Source: an uncultured Methanosarcinales archaeon (GTDB lineage: Archaea; Nanobdellota; Nanobdellia; Woesearchaeales; ARS49). Taken from it: a stretch of 64,000 bases of DNA. The notes beneath the pieces were generated by a model that was given only the letters and a program-made list of their open reading frames with translations, searched no databases and was not told where the DNA came from. Position numbers and translations under genes: made by a program. Positions within the stretch are counted from its first letter, which is position 1. Every line of letters starts with the position of its first letter. Shown one piece after another: positions 63,677-64,000 of this stretch. The stretch lies in assembly GCA_964637115.1 (NCBI GenBank), contig CAZWVL010000007.1:13041-77040 (forward strand), read 5' to 3'.

Positions 63677-63684
63677 TATTTATA
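63677..63684 (-). promoter_or_regulatory. TATA box (tatttata) 23 nt upstream of the kinase operon start, flanked by two TTTGACC repeats
   Basis: gTTTGACCtatttatatatctTTTGACCaaacc. Confidence 0.6.
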
Positions 63685-63732
63685 TATCTTTTGACCAAAC
63701 CTTTGTCAAAAGGTTTGATCTAAAACACTCAA

Positions 63733-63751
63733 GTGGGGTCTGCGACCCCAC
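63733..63751 (-). terminator. GC-rich hairpin (GTGGGGTC-tgc-GACCCCAC) downstream of the IscA-like gene
   Basis: Perfect 8-bp stem, 32 nt after the stop codon at 63783, followed on the minus strand by a T-containing stretch. Confidence 0.5.
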
Positions 63752-63782
63752 GACATACTGCTTATGCTACGCACTAAATGAC

Positions 63783-64000
63783 TTACCCGAAGCTCTTTCC
63801 GCAGCCGCAGTTCTGCTTGGCAGTAGGGTTATTTACCTTAAAGCCAGACTCATTCAAGCTATCAACATAGTCAATTTCAGCTCCCCTGAGCATGTTCAAG
63901 CTGTCAGGGTCGATGAACAATTTAACACCCTTGTCCTCAAACACAATGTCGGTCTTTTCAGGAGTTTTTTCAAAGTTCATCTGATAAACAAAGCCAGAAC
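63783..64000 (-). CDS. iscA: HesB/IscA-family Fe-S cluster insertion protein (partial; N-terminus beyond the right edge)
   Basis: ..SGFVYQMNF.. and C-terminal NCGCGKSFG. The frame remains open to position 64000. Confidence 0.8.
   Translation of the reverse strand, partial: SGFVYQMNFEKTPEKTDIVFEDKGVKLFIDPDSLNMLRGAEIDYVDSLNESGFKVNNPTAKQNCGCGKSFG

Overview
This looks like an archaeal chromosome segment. It holds about 75 protein genes and 2 tRNAs. I found no rRNA, CRISPR array, transposase or integrase. All functions below come from motifs I recognised by eye; no searches were run.

Gene content:
- Minus-strand transcription/translation operon (23228-32649): tRNA-Lys, rpoH, rpoB2(B''), rpoB1(B'), a 47-codon ORF, rpoA1(A'), rpoA2(A''), rpl30e, nusA, rps12, rps7. 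The split B and A subunits and this gene order are the archaeal signature. The usual EF-2/EF-1alpha/S10 continuation after rps7 is absent.
- A second conserved archaeal cluster: rpl21e, rpoF, an amidohydrolase, DUF655 (3743-6182).
- Other housekeeping genes: sepF, nfi, a ZPR1-type zinc finger, a Rad50-like ATPase, class II RNR, TrpRS, MsrA, Glu/Leu dehydrogenase, PepA, TrmB, endonuclease IV, and a partial IscA at the right edge.
- Accessory-looking parts: a visibly AT-richer, bacterial-style Wzx/Wzy polysaccharide cassette (32881-39387), followed by three paralogous 16-cysteine secreted proteins, a lipoprotein, a large polytopic membrane protein and a PAP2 phosphatase (39527-44547).
- Around tRNA-Asp there are copies of the tRNA 3' end and an 80-nt four-way-junction element (44561-46204).
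- A cluster of lycopene-cyclase-domain, FNR-like and MsrA genes (51138-53616).
- Two eukaryotic-like Ser/Thr kinases and a roughly 880-aa orphan protein.

Observations I rate highest:
1. A two-intron tRNA-Lys sits 12 nt upstream of rpoH.
2. A 28-bp perfect duplication of the rpoB1 3' end brackets a palindrome-rich 128-bp insert. RpoA' also carries a low-complexity N-terminal extension.
3. An A/T-rich TATA octamer lies exactly 23 nt from the start codon of at least 18 genes. This includes palindromic TATA boxes shared by divergent genes. I used this spacing to re-call many starts.
4. The 16-Cys paralog family.
5. The tRNA-Asp-associated repeats and the structured element.
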